A stretch of 63,877 nucleotides of DNA, the filler included, from Phoronis australis (Eukaryota; Animalia; Phoronida): assembly GCA_002633005.1 (NCBI GenBank). It is 6 parts of 6 records of this genome, joined end to end, with 100 filler letters (N's around TTAATTAATTAA, not from the genome) between each part and the next. Parts side by side here need not be neighbours in the genome. Positions count along the whole stretch, not along the records: positions 1 to 21,399 come from NMRA01000490.1; 5 more parts are not named here. One strand, given 5' to 3'. Made by a program: the position numbers and the translations under genes. The notes beneath the pieces were generated by a model. That model saw only the letters and a list, made by a program, of their open reading frames with translations, had not been told where the DNA came from and did no database searches. Below, in pieces: positions 1 to 13,065 of the stretch. Numbering within the stretch: position 1 is the stretch's first letter; every line of letters begins with the position of its first letter.

Positions 1-842
1 GCGTGTGTAAGTTTAAAGTTTTTCAGCAGGAAACCAGAATATGTGATAAGTGTGACGAACGCACGTGCCATTTTTTCAAAACCGCGCGTGCCAAATGTGC
101 CAGTTAAAATAGTTGAAACGACTTCAACTACGCGGCAAATCTTGATCTTCCTTGTTCAGGCTTTTCAATTTTCGTTGGTTCTGACAATTTAAATTATTAA
201 TTCTTCGTTAGCGTTAATACTAATAAATTTGAGTAAACGCATGTCAACGTCACGATAGCGCAACCAGTCTGTGGGTGCGAATTGTACTAAAACGCCAGAG
301 ACGTCCTTCTCAAAGAGTTGCTCGCCCATTCACGAGTATAACAACTGAAACAACGTTTTTGATTATTTCACAGTGAACATTTCTATCAAACAAAATTCGG
401 ATATCTTACTGATACCATTTTTTGCTTTGAAACTATATTTTAGATGAATTTTACTGAAAAGACACCTCCGCTTCGGAGACTGGTATAACGTTAAAAATTA
501 AAATAAACAGGCTTTAATATTTCAGAAAATAGGTACTTTTACATGGGTTCGTTGATACTTGACTCAATAATGAGGCGTCTATATATCGTATGAAATTAGC
601 ATGGTCAGAAACAACCAACATACGTATCATAACAGCAAGCCCTTACCTGGGCCAGCGCACCTCGTGCATGACCGGAAGCACAACCTGGACATTTGTGCCG
701 AATTGGTTACGCACGCTCCGTATGCAGCTCTTGCTACGCAGATGTGAATTTTGTTTATGCAAAACTCGTTTTTGGGCCATTCGGATTCAGCTGACGAGAA
801 AAATGAAAATGCTTCAGCGACCTATCGAACTTAAAGTTACAA

Positions 843-2529
843 GTAGAAAGATTATTGTCACTGCGTGACAATAATGAACTCTGCGCGTGCGTATTACTGG
901 AATTGTTATGGGAAGTTACTGATAGTTAACCGTTTACAATTATTAGAAGGAATTCTTTGAGATTGTAGGACAAATTACATGTTGATATTTTGATGACCTT
1001 TCAACTAATTAATCTCTTCCGGTGCATTATGAGCCTCTATGAGGGAATAATTGTAATCTCGATTGAAATTGTGGTTAATGCTATGAATCCCAGATGTTTT
1101 ACTTTAAGCACTTCAGAATACAAGACGAATGAATTGGCCAAACTTTCAGAAGAAAAGTGCACTTAATGACCCCATGGGTGCACCAAATGATCCGAAAATT
1201 TAGAATTCAAACTCAATCACATTTAGTAAACAGACATGTAATTTTGAAGTCTGTAGCTCAAAATTTTAGTTTGCACTCAATGACCTTTGACCTAGTTTTT
1301 CTGATCGGTTAGACCTATTGCGAGGTAAAGTAGGGTATTCAACTGGCATGTTGACTTACACCAGTCTGCTGAAATTGAAAAGAATTACTTGAAAAACGTA
1401 AGAGATATTACATTTTGAACGTTTGCACTAATTGACCTTATCCGGTGCATTTTAAGCATCTTTAGGAGAATTATTGCAAAGACCATGGAAAATGTGTTTA
1501 ACGCTGAGAATCACAGATGTCTAACGGTTGACACATCAGAATACTTGTTGATTAAAAAGGTCAAATTTTCAGAAGAAAAATGCACCTAATGACCCCATGT
1601 TTGCACTAAATAACCTGAACCTTTGGANGAAAATTTAGAATTCAAACTCAATCACATTTAGTAAACAGACATGTAATTTTGAAGTCTGTAGCTCAAAATT
1701 TTAGTTTGCACTCAATGACCTTTGACCTAGTTTTTCTGATCGGTTAGACCTATTGCGAGGTAAAGTAGGGTATTCAACTGGCATGTTGACTTACACCAGT
1801 CTGCTGAAATTGAAAAGAATTACTTGAAAAACGTAAGAGATATTACATTTTGAACGTTTGCACTAATTGACCTTATCCGGTGCATTTTAAGCATCTTTAG
1901 GAGAATTATTGCAAAGACCATGGAAAATGTGTTTAACGCTGAGAATCACAGATGTCTAACGGTTGACACATCAGAATACTTGTTGATTAAAAAGGTCAAA
2001 TTTTCAGAAGAAAAATGCACCTAATGACCCCATGTTTGCACTAAATAACCTGAACCTTTGGATTCCGATTTGATTTACCTGTGACAATCAGACCTGTCAA
2101 TTTGAAGTGTCTAGCTCAAAATTTTAGTTCGCACCTAATGACCTTTGACCTATTTCACCTGATTGGATGACCCGATTACTTAGAAAAGTATTTTTTAAAT
2201 TGTCATGTTGACTTATACCTGTGCACCGAATTTGAAAAAGATAGCTTTAAAACTGAAGGAGGAGTAGCATTTTGAAAATTGAATGACCTTTGCACCAAGC
2301 GACCTCTTCCGGTGTAATATGGAATATGATTATATAACCAATCAAAAATTATATACTGTCAAAAGTCACATGCTGAATTTAAAGACCGTACCTGAACCAA
2401 TTTGGAGTTATTAAGCCTCAAAGTTGGTCAGAAGAAGAATAAGAAGAATATGAAGAATAAGAAGAATAAGAATAAAATTGAAGAAAACCCAGGAACAACA
2501 ATACCCTGCGCTTACACGCGCAGGGTAAT
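843..2529 (-). mobile_element. Non-autonomous Helitron/Helentron-associated element (HINE/DINE-1-like), copy A
   Basis: Read on minus: sub-terminal IR plus short IR (ACCCTGCGC-TTACAC-GCGCAGGGT, 2503-2526), (AAGAAT/AAG)n microsatellite (2430-2475), ~430-bp internal repeats, partner sub-TIR ACTCTGCGCGTG (878-889), 11-bp hairpin ATTATTGTCAC-TGC-GTGACAATAAT (851-875) and a CTAC end (CTAG in copies B and C). Homologous to 43564-45990. Family assignment is from architecture only. Confidence 0.75.
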
Positions 2530-2789
2530 TAGCAACAAAACAACTTGTAGAAATAGACACGACGTTATTATACTGTTAACATGGTACCTGTATACTTGAT
2601 TTCGCAAAAACTTTGAAAAGATTAAAACAGGATTACATTTAGAGTAAATCAAGACGACACGATTGGTTTGAACTGCAATTATTGATATTCAGAATACCTT
2701 ACGCTCTTGGTCCAGAAGATACCTCTGTTCTGTGTGGTGAACGCTTTAGCATTGCCAAAGCTTACACATCTTTTCTTAAGTCTCCCATC

Positions 2790-3970
2790 ACCAAAGGGCG
2801 AATTTATCAAACAACTGGAATTTTTTTTCAGTTTATTTGGAGTAGAAGAATGATAAAATTTCTCGTAATTCAATGGTTCATAATTATAAAAATTGTGGTC
2901 TTAACATGATTCATTTAGTTTCCTTTATTAAAGCTCTTAAAGTAACGTGGTTAAAAAGATTATAAATGGGCAAAATAAGTCGAATTAGATAGATATTTTG
3001 CAGAATTCAAGTCAATTTGACATTGAAAAGATGACCAATGGAGGAAACTATTTTTTAAAATGGTAGCCCAGTCCACAGGGAGTCCTTTTGGCAAGGATGT
3101 GTTTGTTTCAACATTTGAGTTTGGTTCGACATTAAACGAGGTCAAAGAAGATGACAGGATACTGTCCCTTCTTTTATGGCATAATACAAAGGTTCAAATT
3201 GGAGAAAAACCAATATTTTACTTGGAATGAAAAGCCTGTGAGATTCTTAGGTGATTTATTTGACGAAAACGGACATTTGTTGTCATGCAACAGTTTTGCA
3301 TACAAATTTGGTTTTAAACCTTTTTGACACTTTATTGCAGACTGAGAGATTCAAGTGCACAAGTGTCTCAACCAAATATCCCACAACTCTAGCACTTGGC
3401 GAAAAATTAGAAAGGTACTCGTGATATGTATGATACTTTTCTTACAACTTTGTTTCAAAAACCAAAAGGATTAGAAAAATGGGAAAATACTATTAGTGTT
3501 GTAAGATCAATGACCCAATGTTAGACTCTAGATGGTTTCAAAATGAGAATTGTACACATAAGTTTAGCAACAAATAACTTTTTAAGGCGAATGGGTATTT
3601 CTCCAACTGGGCGATATACCTGTTGTAGGAATGAACCCGGAAGTTTAGAACATTTATTATGTGGCAATACTCTTTAAGCCTTTTTGGAAAAGAATAGCTG
3701 AATATCATTTTCACGCAGAGAACGTCGATATATCGATAGATTTTCAGACTGTCATATTTGATAAAACTCGAAAAGCTAATGAACTGTTAAATCTTATCTT
3801 AAATAATGAATGAGAGACGGCTAGACATACATGGAAGCTCAGAGTAAGTCTGTTCCTGGAATGCAAACGGTTGGACATCAAATAACAAATGTCTGAAACA
3901 GAAAGTAATTCATGGATCCGAAGCAGACGTTTTCTGTATCGTTCAAACCCATTTAGCAAAAACTGCTAGT
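2790..3970 (+). pseudogene. Degenerate non-LTR retrotransposon ORF2 C-terminal part (L1/Tx1-like, zf-RVT region)
   Basis: Broken frames give FFQFIWS (~2820), ALKVTWLKRL (2933-2962), LLWHNTKVQIGEKPIFY (~3170-3222), LATNNFLRRMGISP and CCRNEPGSLEHL (~3565-3656). Many stops and frameshifts. Confidence 0.7.
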
Positions 3971-4349
3971 ATTTTTGTAGATGAGTTTGTTTGGTATTAC
4001 TGTAATATATATATACCATATAATAGAAACGCTATGCATAGGCGTGCTATTAGACCGTGTATGGGTTAGGGGTATTAGTTAAGCCATCCTTTATTACAGA
4101 AATATAGTGTTAAGGTTGTTGATAAATATCATGATGGTATAATTGGACTGCAGTTTACTAATGCGATTTCTGATTAAAAGTTTGTTTTATCTACCTTCAG
4201 AAAATTTCCCTTGTGGGTGTGACAAGAGCACTGTTATGCTCATTTGTTGTGTCAGTTGTATTCCCTCGATGGTGTTGATTCTTTACTGTCGCAGAATGTG
4301 TTATTGTGTGTTTCCATCATGTAGTTTAGTCATAACTTTCTGTTGTTGT

Positions 4350-6510
4350 TAATCACCACTTTCTTAGAGTAGAAGATGTGGAGTAATATTTCCCATTCCT
4401 CGAACCGCTTGTTTGTGACCATAATGCATCCTTTATTCCTTTGTCTTATTTGATTGATTAATTCGCGTTTATCTAGTCTTTATATATATTATTTTCACTT
4501 GTATTGAGTAGAAGTAGTCTTATGAGCAGTATTAGTAGTATAATCAGCGGTTTCTCCGCATTGAGAGTTGTTATCATCATTTAACAAATTTAGATCCTTT
4601 ATATTTATGTGGAGACTTTAATGCCCGTATAATAGACATGACAAATTATGTACAGTATGTCTATGTAACCGCCAGCAGACAGCCTTTATTTTTAGATGGT
4701 TCTAAATATAGGCACGGGGATTCCGTCAGTGAATTTTGTATTGACTCAAACGTCTGTGCTCTCAATGGGTGAGTAACCATACATTGTTATCGGGAAGGGG
4801 TTCTTCTGATGTTCACTGCGTCCTTACGCAACATGAAAATTTATCTAATTGTGCGCAATTGGAAATTTATACACCCGGAGAATTGGTAAACAAATTTGAT
4901 CCTCTGAGTGAGCTTTCTGGTGCTTGCCATATGACAGATCCTTCATTACTTGACTTCTATTTTTCCATACATTATAATGACAACCTTTCACATTTAAAAG
5001 AAGTTGGCATTGATTCCCACAAAGTTACAGAAAGCTGTGGTCAATTCCCGAAGGCTTTATGCATTCTGAAATTGTTAACACTGCTATGCAAGAATTAATT
5101 GATTCTATTTTGGTCTGCAGAGCAACCCAAAAAAACATTGACTATATGTAGAGTAGGTTTTGTAAGTGCATATTTGATGAGATGGACAGAAAATTAGTTT
5201 GCTATAACACAAAGCAGGTGAGAAAGAAATTTAGAACAAGCAAACCCAATTGGCGTGCTGAATTTTCCAAGCTTTGGAAAGATGTAAGTTTCAAAGAGAA
5301 AAGTTTTTGAAATGCATGGGCTCTCGAGAAGAACATTCTTTACTGAGATCCCAATGCCTAAGTGCTCAGGTAATATTTGATAATGTTGACAGGAGGATCG
5401 AAAGAAAACTTCTGAGAGATCAAGTTGACATTATAGCATCTTTAAATTTCAATAACCCCATAGAAATTTGGAAGTATAGTAAGAACTTGGGCCCCTTCTT
5501 TATAAAGAGAATGCCCATGGAGGTATACGATGATATTGGAAATGTTATCCAATAACCAATATGTTTTTAATAAATGGAAGAACGAGTATGAGTCGTTATA
5601 CAATGGTCCAATTTTAAATAATTTTGAGCGTGAATTTTATGCTGATATGCTTCTCAAAAAGCTGATATTGAGCCGTTATTTAATCTTCTCTTCGATGAAA
5701 ATAATATTTTGAATAAAATTATTACTCACAATGAAGTTAAGCGATTGGTGATGAAATCTAAAGATACTAAAAGCAGTGGGAATTGATCAATTATGTTATG
5801 AAGTATGTAAAAATGATACCGCTATTGACCCCTTGTCGTATTTGTTCCAAATGGTTTTTCGTTACGGCATGGTTCCTAGTTTATGGGCTAAATCGTTATT
5901 ATGCCAATCCCACTGGGTTCACAGAAGGACCCGCGCGTCCCGCTGAGTTATAGATGTATCAGCTTGTTGTCCAACATAGACAAGATGAATAGTATTATAT
6001 TGAACAATAGAATGGTTGTGTACGTGGAGGAAAACAGGCTCCTTATTGATGAGCAAAATGACTTTTGTCGTGGCAGAGCATGTGTTGATCACGTCTTTGT
6101 TTTGACCTCGGTTATACCTAAGCGCTTGAATAAAAACAATCCACATTTGTGACTTTTATAGATATGCAAAAAGCTTTTGACTGGGTAGATATATATATAT
6201 ATAGTTTACTTTTTAAAATGCTAGATCTGATGATAATTTCAAAGTTCATTGAATCGGATAAAATATCTATGCTGAGACTCAATCCTGTGTTAAATTTAAT
6301 AATACCTTTACGGACTCGTTTTATACACCTTGTGGGGTCAAGCAAGATGTTTTAGCACCTACTCTTTTCGCACTATTTATAAATGATTTGGCAACGGAAT
6401 TAAAACAGTCAAATTTAGGAATTCCTATTGGTGCTGATAATGTTTCATCTTTGTTTTATGCGAATGTTTTTGTAGTACTTGCCGAAAGGGAAGAAATTTT
6501 GCAAATGAAT
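4350..6510 (+). pseudogene. Degenerate APE-endonuclease/RT non-LTR retrotransposon (LINE; clade unresolved)
   Basis: Endonuclease motif GDFNARI (4611-4631). RT motifs DPRVPLSYRCISLLS, EQNDFCRGRACVDHVFVL, TFIDMQKAFDWVD, LAPTLFALFINDL and a decayed YADD (FYAN). Multiple stops; ends at about 6510. Confidence 0.85.
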
Positions 6511-6545
6511 TTCGAATTGTCAGATACAACCGTGTAATAACCCTC

Positions 6546-6611
6546 GTGGATTTTGTAGAATTATCACCCTCGGGGCTAACGCCCCTCGGGCGATAATTCT
6601 CCAAAATCCAC
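6546..6611. repeat. Long imperfect hairpin (31-bp stem, 4-nt loop), probably part of a non-autonomous DNA element
   Basis: GTGGATTTTGTAGAATTATCACCCTCGGGGC-TAAC-GCCCCTCGGGCGATAATTCTCCAAAATCCAC; arms are complementary with 4 mismatches. Confidence 0.7.
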
Positions 6612-7431
6612 TCGGGCTCTGGATAACGGGGATAACGACTTTGCCATGTAATAATCTCTATTTACGACATTAGTAATCAATTAACGCCTCTAACAATTAC
6701 GAATTTTAGGACGTAATTTACGTGCATACAGTTCGCGGGTTTCGCCAACGATATACTTCGTGATAGTTGCGTGCGTGCAGTAAACGAGACGCATTGTCAA
6801 TGGCATGGTTATCCAAATGGTAAAACGTATACATGAAGTACTTGTTGTCAGATTAAGGAAGTTTCATGGACGTTTTGAAGGAGCTGTACTGTTGGAACGT
6901 GCACATGAAGTTAGTTTTAACAAAACTCATCCTTCGTCTTCATTCACAGTGATTGGTACTCTGTTTTGGTTTTCAAGACTGACGGCACAGCTTCAAAACA
7001 GTAAACATTATTCGTTTTCCACTCTCGTAAATTATTTGTCAACTTAGTAATGGCTAATAAACGCCCGACGTAATATGTGTTCCAGCCATTGCTGCGAAAC
7101 TTTGACGTGCAAAGTACTTCTGAGGCACTTTCAGAGACTGTTGCACTTGTTAATTCAACAGGATGTCTCTATACACTGTATATATCTGGCTCTTTCTTGA
7201 CTAACGCTGTAATTGCTGATTCTGTAAGTGCAACTCAACTGTAACTTAATTTTTATTTTAATGCTTAACTTAAATTCAACTGATTTTCACCAACTTGTAC
7301 CTGGGTCTTTATAGTCTATTGCAATGCAGTGGAACATTCACCAATACAAGAACATTCTAGAAATTTCCAGAATCTACCCCAACTATTCCGTCTACTCCTG
7401 ATAATGAGATTCCTTATATAGTACGACGAAA

Positions 7432-7808
7432 CATACTACAACTACAAAGGTTTATACAACTTTTATGAGGCATTATTTTGTTATGCCCATGACGAAAACC
7501 AGTGAGTTTTGACAGTGCCAAGGAAAAGTTTTTTTGTGCAAATTTCACTTCATTCATCTGAGACTCACTACCAGAATGGTGGAATGTAACATAAAATGTA
7601 ATTAAAACATGTCAATATCAGTATTAGACTCGGTAGAATTAAAAACATCTCCTAAGTCAATTATATCAGTTAAAGCGATTAGTAATCAATCTTTCTTCGC
7701 AACTGGTTTCAAATTATTCACTTGCAGAACTGGTGGTAATTTAAGGGCTTGAAAAGAGTTAACTGCTCGTCATTTTTTAAGACCAGTGTCTACAAACTTT
7801 CTCGTCAC
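7432..7808 (+). repeat. Diverged direct duplication, copy 1 (copy 2 at 13913-14250)
   Basis: Shared blocks CTACAACTACAAAGG, CTACCAGAATGGTGG, ATCAGTTAAAGCGAT, CAATCTTTCTTCGCAA, TGCAGAACTGGTGGTAATTT and ACTGCTCGTCATT in the same order. Confidence 0.85.
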
Positions 7809-8095
7809 GTCGTTATTTCATGTGCCGAGCATGATATTGAGGGGTAACTATAAATTCTTTGCAGACTGCACTTCCTGCAAGGAACACAGAAGCAGGGATA
7901 TCTGACGCAATTCACAGAAGAACTCGACCCGATGTAATTAGTTTTTGTTACCGTCATAATCGGTTTACATCCACATCACCTCGTATACACTTGATCTCAC
8001 CTCCTGTTCTATGCTCCAGCCAGTGCTGCATTGCATTGTAATGTACTTTCGAAACACATCCAGCAAATGTTACTCCAATCAATTACATACCTCAT

Positions 8096-8917
8096 TGTCA
8101 GATGTTTGACTGTGGGTTTGTTGAAAAGGTAGCTATGCTTTGAAGTTGTGCGTAGATGGAGAGTGAATAATCAAATCCAGTAATTAATTTATTATATGAT
8201 AACCCCTAATTAGACAAATGAAACCTATTGTTAATTTAAGTAATCAACTACAAAGAGTAACTACACTAGCGCCCTCTTTAAAGATTACTTTAATCAAACA
8301 ACCAAAACAATCAAATGTCTTATCTGCTATCCAAGCTAGGACTCTCCACTTGTTGGATGTCTGTCCTGTTCGTGAATCTTCGAACTACACACACTGTATA
8401 GCGACATTGTACCTGTTGGTCACCGTCTCTGGTGATGCAACACTTCAGGTAGTATCTTACTACCCACAATGCAAGTGACAAGCTCTTAGTTAACTTCCTG
8501 TTCGTTAACCCTTGCCCTTGCCAAGATCCTTTCTAGAATCTTCCACGAGATGGCTCTGTCGTACAATTTCCTCTGTACACTGTAGCAAGTCTTTATGCTT
8601 CAACTACTGTAGCGCATCTGATAATCTTCTTGATTTCAGCCCATAATATAACATTCTACTTATTTAGTGATTGGCTAATAAAAACCACATGATCATATCC
8701 AGTCGTATTATTGGCTGTTACAATGGAATATTCTTGAATCTCTAGAGTACTTTGACCCCAGAACCCAAAGTTGTGAACACCATCTAAAATAGATCTTGAC
8801 GTTAAAATACATGTCAACAAGTCTGACCCCATGATTTAAAAGTACATATGCACAAATTTTGGGCAATTTAAAATGGATCTATTTTTACTAATTACTTAAT
8901 CAATATTTATTCTGACA
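8096..8917 (-). repeat. 3' LTR of the gypsy element
   Basis: Starts TGTCAGA and ends TCTGACA; direct repeat of 13066-13894 with roughly 25 differences counted by eye. Confidence 0.95.
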
Positions 8918-8940
8918 AATAAGCCCCTCCTCAAGAAAAT
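8918..8940 (-). promoter_or_regulatory. Polypurine tract (PPT)
   Basis: Minus strand reads ...TTGAGGAGGGGCTTATT directly before the TG of the 3' LTR. Confidence 0.8.
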
Positions 8941-9021
8941 ACTTCTTAAGATTTTCTCAACATGGAAGACTTAAATATTGATAAACACTTAGATCTATTA
9001 CCCAGTTTCCATGAATCTTCA

Positions 9022-12000
9022 TTACTCTAACCTACTCAGGTAATCGGCACCAACATTTTCTGAGCCTTTGATTGCTTCAACCTTAAATCGATAATTTTGC
9101 AAAAACAAGGCCCACCTCATGATGCGTCCATTGACTAACTTACTTTTTGAATGTAAGCCAGGGGTTGATGGTCTGTATGAATGACAAATTCTTTACCATA
9201 CAAGTACTTCTCGAATTTTCTGATGGCAAATACAATAGCCAAACATTCCCTCTCTATGACAGAGTAATTCCGTTCCCGAGGTAACAATTTCTTACTAGCA
9301 CATGCTACTGGGAACCTGCCATCATAATACTCCTGCAACAAAATGCAGCCTTTTCCAGTATCTGAAGCATCAGTCTGAACAATAAAAGATTTACTGAAAT
9401 CAGGTAATCTCAGTATGGGTGCTCTCGTCAGCAGGTCTCGAAGAGTGATGAATGCATGCTGCTGAGCTTCTTCCCATTGCACGGTGTTAGGCTGTTTCTT
9501 CTTTGTGAGCACAGTAAGTGGGACGGCGATTTCAGCGAAGTTTGGGATGAACTTCTTGTAGTAGCCAGCCAACCCAAGAGAAGAACGAACTTGGTTCTTC
9601 GTTCTGGGTCGTGGTGCAGCTCGGATGCGTCCCAGCTTTTCTTCATCCATTTTCAGGTGCCCTTCACCGACCACATGTCCAACGAAATCGACGGAACGAA
9701 ATCCAACCGAACACTTGGTGGGTCAAAACGTTAGTCCAGCCTCTCGCACACGTTGGAAGGTGTCTCGCAAGGTGGCAAGTTGTTCAGTCCAGACCTTATT
9801 ATGGCACAGAATGTCATCCACATAATGTTCTGAATTACAGTATGTGCTCCTGCCAAAATCTTCCTCATCATGCGGTTGAAGGTCGCTGCCGAATTTACCA
9901 GACCAAATGGCATCTTTACAAACTTGTACCAACCACTTGGTACTACAAACGAGGTCTTAGGCCGTGATTCTTCAGCGACAATGACTTGCCAGTACCCTTT
10001 ACTCAGATCAATCTTTGTAAAATACTGGTCTTTACTGATCTTAGCCATGATGTCATCAGGATTCCCCATCGGTTCCGTGTCGAACTTGGTGATGGCGTTC
10101 AAACGACGAAAATCGATGCAGAATCGATTTGAACCGTCCTTCTTCTTCACTAAGACCACCGGAGAGTTATAGGGAGCATCAGATGGTTCTATGACTCCAC
10201 ACTTGAACATGTTGTCAATTTCCTCCTGCACAACCGACCGTGTGGCATATGGCAGGGGATTCGGCTTGACTCTCACCGGCTCTTCACTGATGGTCTCAAT
10301 CTTGTGCTCAACCAGATGGGTCGTACCTGGTACTTCACTAAAGATGTCAGAGTACTCTTCTAGCAGACTTATCACCTCCCTTTGTTGGCTAGTAGTGAGC
10401 TCGTCTGATATCTTGACATCTGTGTACGTTTCTTTTTGGTTTGTCGATCCCAACTCTAGTAGATGTTCATCATCGACAACACCAACTTCATTGTCCATTT
10501 CAGGCTGAAGTACAGCTATGGCCGTGATGTCAGAATTCTGATCTGCATCATCTTTACTTGCAGCCCCACTTTGGTCACGAGATATGTAGAATTTCAAGAG
10601 GTTGGTATTGTACGTCTTGATCTTTCCACCAACCCTTACTCGGTAGTCCATTTTGTTGAGTACTTCGGGCACTTCATACGTACCCCTCCACTGCAGTAGC
10701 AGCTTGTTACTGTCGGTTGGTAACAATATTAAGACTTGGTCTCCTACTTTGAAGCGACGATCTCGTGTCTTTTTGTCATAATGGTGCTTGTATGCTTCAC
10801 CAGCATTTCGTAAGTTTTCCCGCACCAGTTCACATGTCTCTTCCAGACGATGTCGCAAGTCAAGGACATACTCATAAGTATTCCGTACGCCTGATGTTTC
10901 ATTGCCAGTCCACAACTCTTTAAGCACCTGCATGGGCCCTCCCACGGTTCTACCATACAACAGTTCAAATGGTGAGAAACCTGTGCTAACTTGAGGTACC
11001 TCTCGACAGGCGAACAGTACTGCTGGTAAGTACCGGTCCCAGTCTTGTGGACGCTCTTGGCACATTTTCTTAAGCATACTCTCCAGTACACCGTTAATAC
11101 GCTCACACAATCCATTGCATTTCGGAATGTACGGAGTGGTGAACAGTGGCTTCATGGATATCAACCGTGCAACTTCCTTCAGAACTTCTGAGGTAAACTG
11201 TGTCCCACAGTCACTAAGCACCTCACCTCTCGTGGAAAGCCCTATCTACAGAAAGTTTCAAACAGTGCTTCTGCAACTCGCTCAGCTTCTATTCTTGGTA
11301 GAAGGACTGCCTCTGGATCTCCTGTGGCATAGTCTACGATGGTGAGAATGTACCGGTTGCCTCTGTCTGTGATCAGCGACACAGGACCAATCAAATCAAC
11401 AGCGATACGCTGGAACGGTTCTTCCATACGTGGCATCTCACCCAATGGCACTTTAGAGATCCTGCCCTTAGGAGTTGTTCGCTGGCAGATGTCACATGAT
11501 CTGCAGAAACGATTTATGTCACTGCAAACTCCTGGCCAATAAAAGCTACTGGCTATTCTATCACTGGTCTTCTTCACACCTAGGTGCCCACCTACGATTG
11601 ACTCGTGAGCTAGCGTCATAACCTGTTGTCGATATTTGACAGGGACAAATATCTGACGCAACTCTTTGGTGTTATCAGCATACACTCGGTACAGGATCCC
11701 CTTCTGCTTCTCATACCAGTTTTGACCTCATCCACGTGTTCTTGCTGGTTTGTCTTTCTCAACAAGTTCCATGAAATTACGTAGGGAAGGATCATGTTGT
11801 TGCTCATCCTTCAATTTGCTGCCGTCGAGACTTTCCGCTCCGGATGGAGTCACCGCCAAAGACTTAATAGGTTTCTTTCTCTTCTGAGCCTGTGCTCTAG
11901 TAGTGACTGCGGACATGGCACTGCCTTGTGGCTGCCAAATCGGATCAGGATCCTTGCTGACGCCAACAGCATTCCCTATGATGAGGTCGAATATCGGTGT

Positions 12001-12991
12001 TCGCATACACATCTCCTCCGAAGTAAGGAGTGTCTACCTCAATCTTCGCTATGGGGGAAGGATCGTGCTGTCCCATCTATTAACACACAGATGTGTTGTT
12101 TCCCCGTCAGTTGACTTTCTTTGACTAGGGATGTCTTCACCGCTGCACTACTGCATCCGGTGTCACGCATCATGCGTACCTTTGTTTCGTTAACGTAACT
12201 GTCACAATCAGGCATATTGTGGTCAGTGGGTGGATCTCTGTGCTTGCCACAGGCCCCTCTCTCTACGGGTATGGATGTCCCATCAACTAATTTCAGACAG
12301 CCATCAACTATGTGCTGTTCTATTGGACTACCCTTTGCTACCACAGCTTGACACAATCCCGCCTTCTTGGTGTCTTCTTTCTTAGTCCGTTCTTGCTGTG
12401 TGGAGGACGACTGCTAACTTCCAGCGAATCATTTGGACTGGAAGTCTTTCATTCTACAGTCCCTTGCTAGATGACCTTTCCGATGACAATTGAAACACTC
12501 TTTGCCACCCTTGTTTCTGGTCATTGACGAACGAGGAGTCTCTGTCCTTCGTTCTTCTGTGTTGCTTGGCGGTGCCTGTCTTCTGGCTACCTGTCCCCAG
12601 TCTTTCTTTGCAAACCCTTTGCCCAACAAACAAGTACAGTGGGCGTCCATGTACTGTTGAGCAATGGCCGACATCTCGTCGAAGGTCCATCATAAGCCGC
12701 CTCGACCTCCGCCAGTTGTGTCCATCGGTCAAAGAACCTCTTCAGTCTTGCCCCGAATTGGAACACATTTTCACCCTTTTCAGGCTTGGACTCTCTGAAC
12801 TTTCGTCGGAACCCATCTTCGGTTAATTCATACCTGTGCAGCAGCGCCACCTTTAGTTGGTCATATTTGTTAATTTGGTCGAACGGCATGTTGTTGAATA
12901 CCTGTAGGCCTTTACCTGTCAACAATGGACTCAAGTCCACAGCCCACTCCGATTTATCCCATTTCTGGCTTGTGGTGAATGTCTCAAACGG
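9022..12991 (-). pseudogene. Disrupted gag-pol: gag (SCAN-like capsid plus CCHC knuckle), aspartic protease, integrase, reverse transcriptase, RNase H
   Basis: gag LSPLLTGKG...YELTEDGFRRKFR and CFNCHRKGHLARDC; protease RDTGCS; integrase HESIVGGH...CRSCDIC, AVDLIGP, SDCGTQF, NGLCER; RT SPVVLVKKKDGSNRFCIDFRRLN and YVDD; RNase H QTDASDTG, ERECLAIV, NVGADYLSR. Split over at least 7 ORFs by frameshifts. Confidence 0.95.
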
Positions 12992-13044
12992 TAATTACTG
13001 AATTCAAAACAATTCAACACAACCACGTAAACCTTTACTTAAAC

Positions 13045-13063
13045 TTTCCCGGACTGGCCCCCA
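13045..13063 (-). promoter_or_regulatory. Primer-binding site, tRNA-Pro-like
   Basis: Minus strand TGGGGGCCAGTCCGGG begins 2 nt after the 5' LTR; the canonical Pro PBS is TGGGGGCTCGTCCGGG (14/16 match). Confidence 0.8.
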
Positions 13064-13065
13064 AA

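Noticed and set aside
1194-2061. Exact ~433-bp tandem duplication around a single N at 1628
   Set aside because: Identical copies joined by one N indicate overlapping contig ends; copies B and C of the element lack the extra unit.
2402-2599. Lys/Asn-rich ORF (also 45761-46042)
   Set aside because: Translation of the HINE (AAGAAT)n microsatellite.
7070-7432. Possible solo LTR
   Set aside because: Has LTR-like composition but no clear TG...CA ends or TSD.
9456-13001. Plus-strand ORFs over the gypsy element
   Set aside because: Antisense shadows of gag-pol with no motifs of their own.
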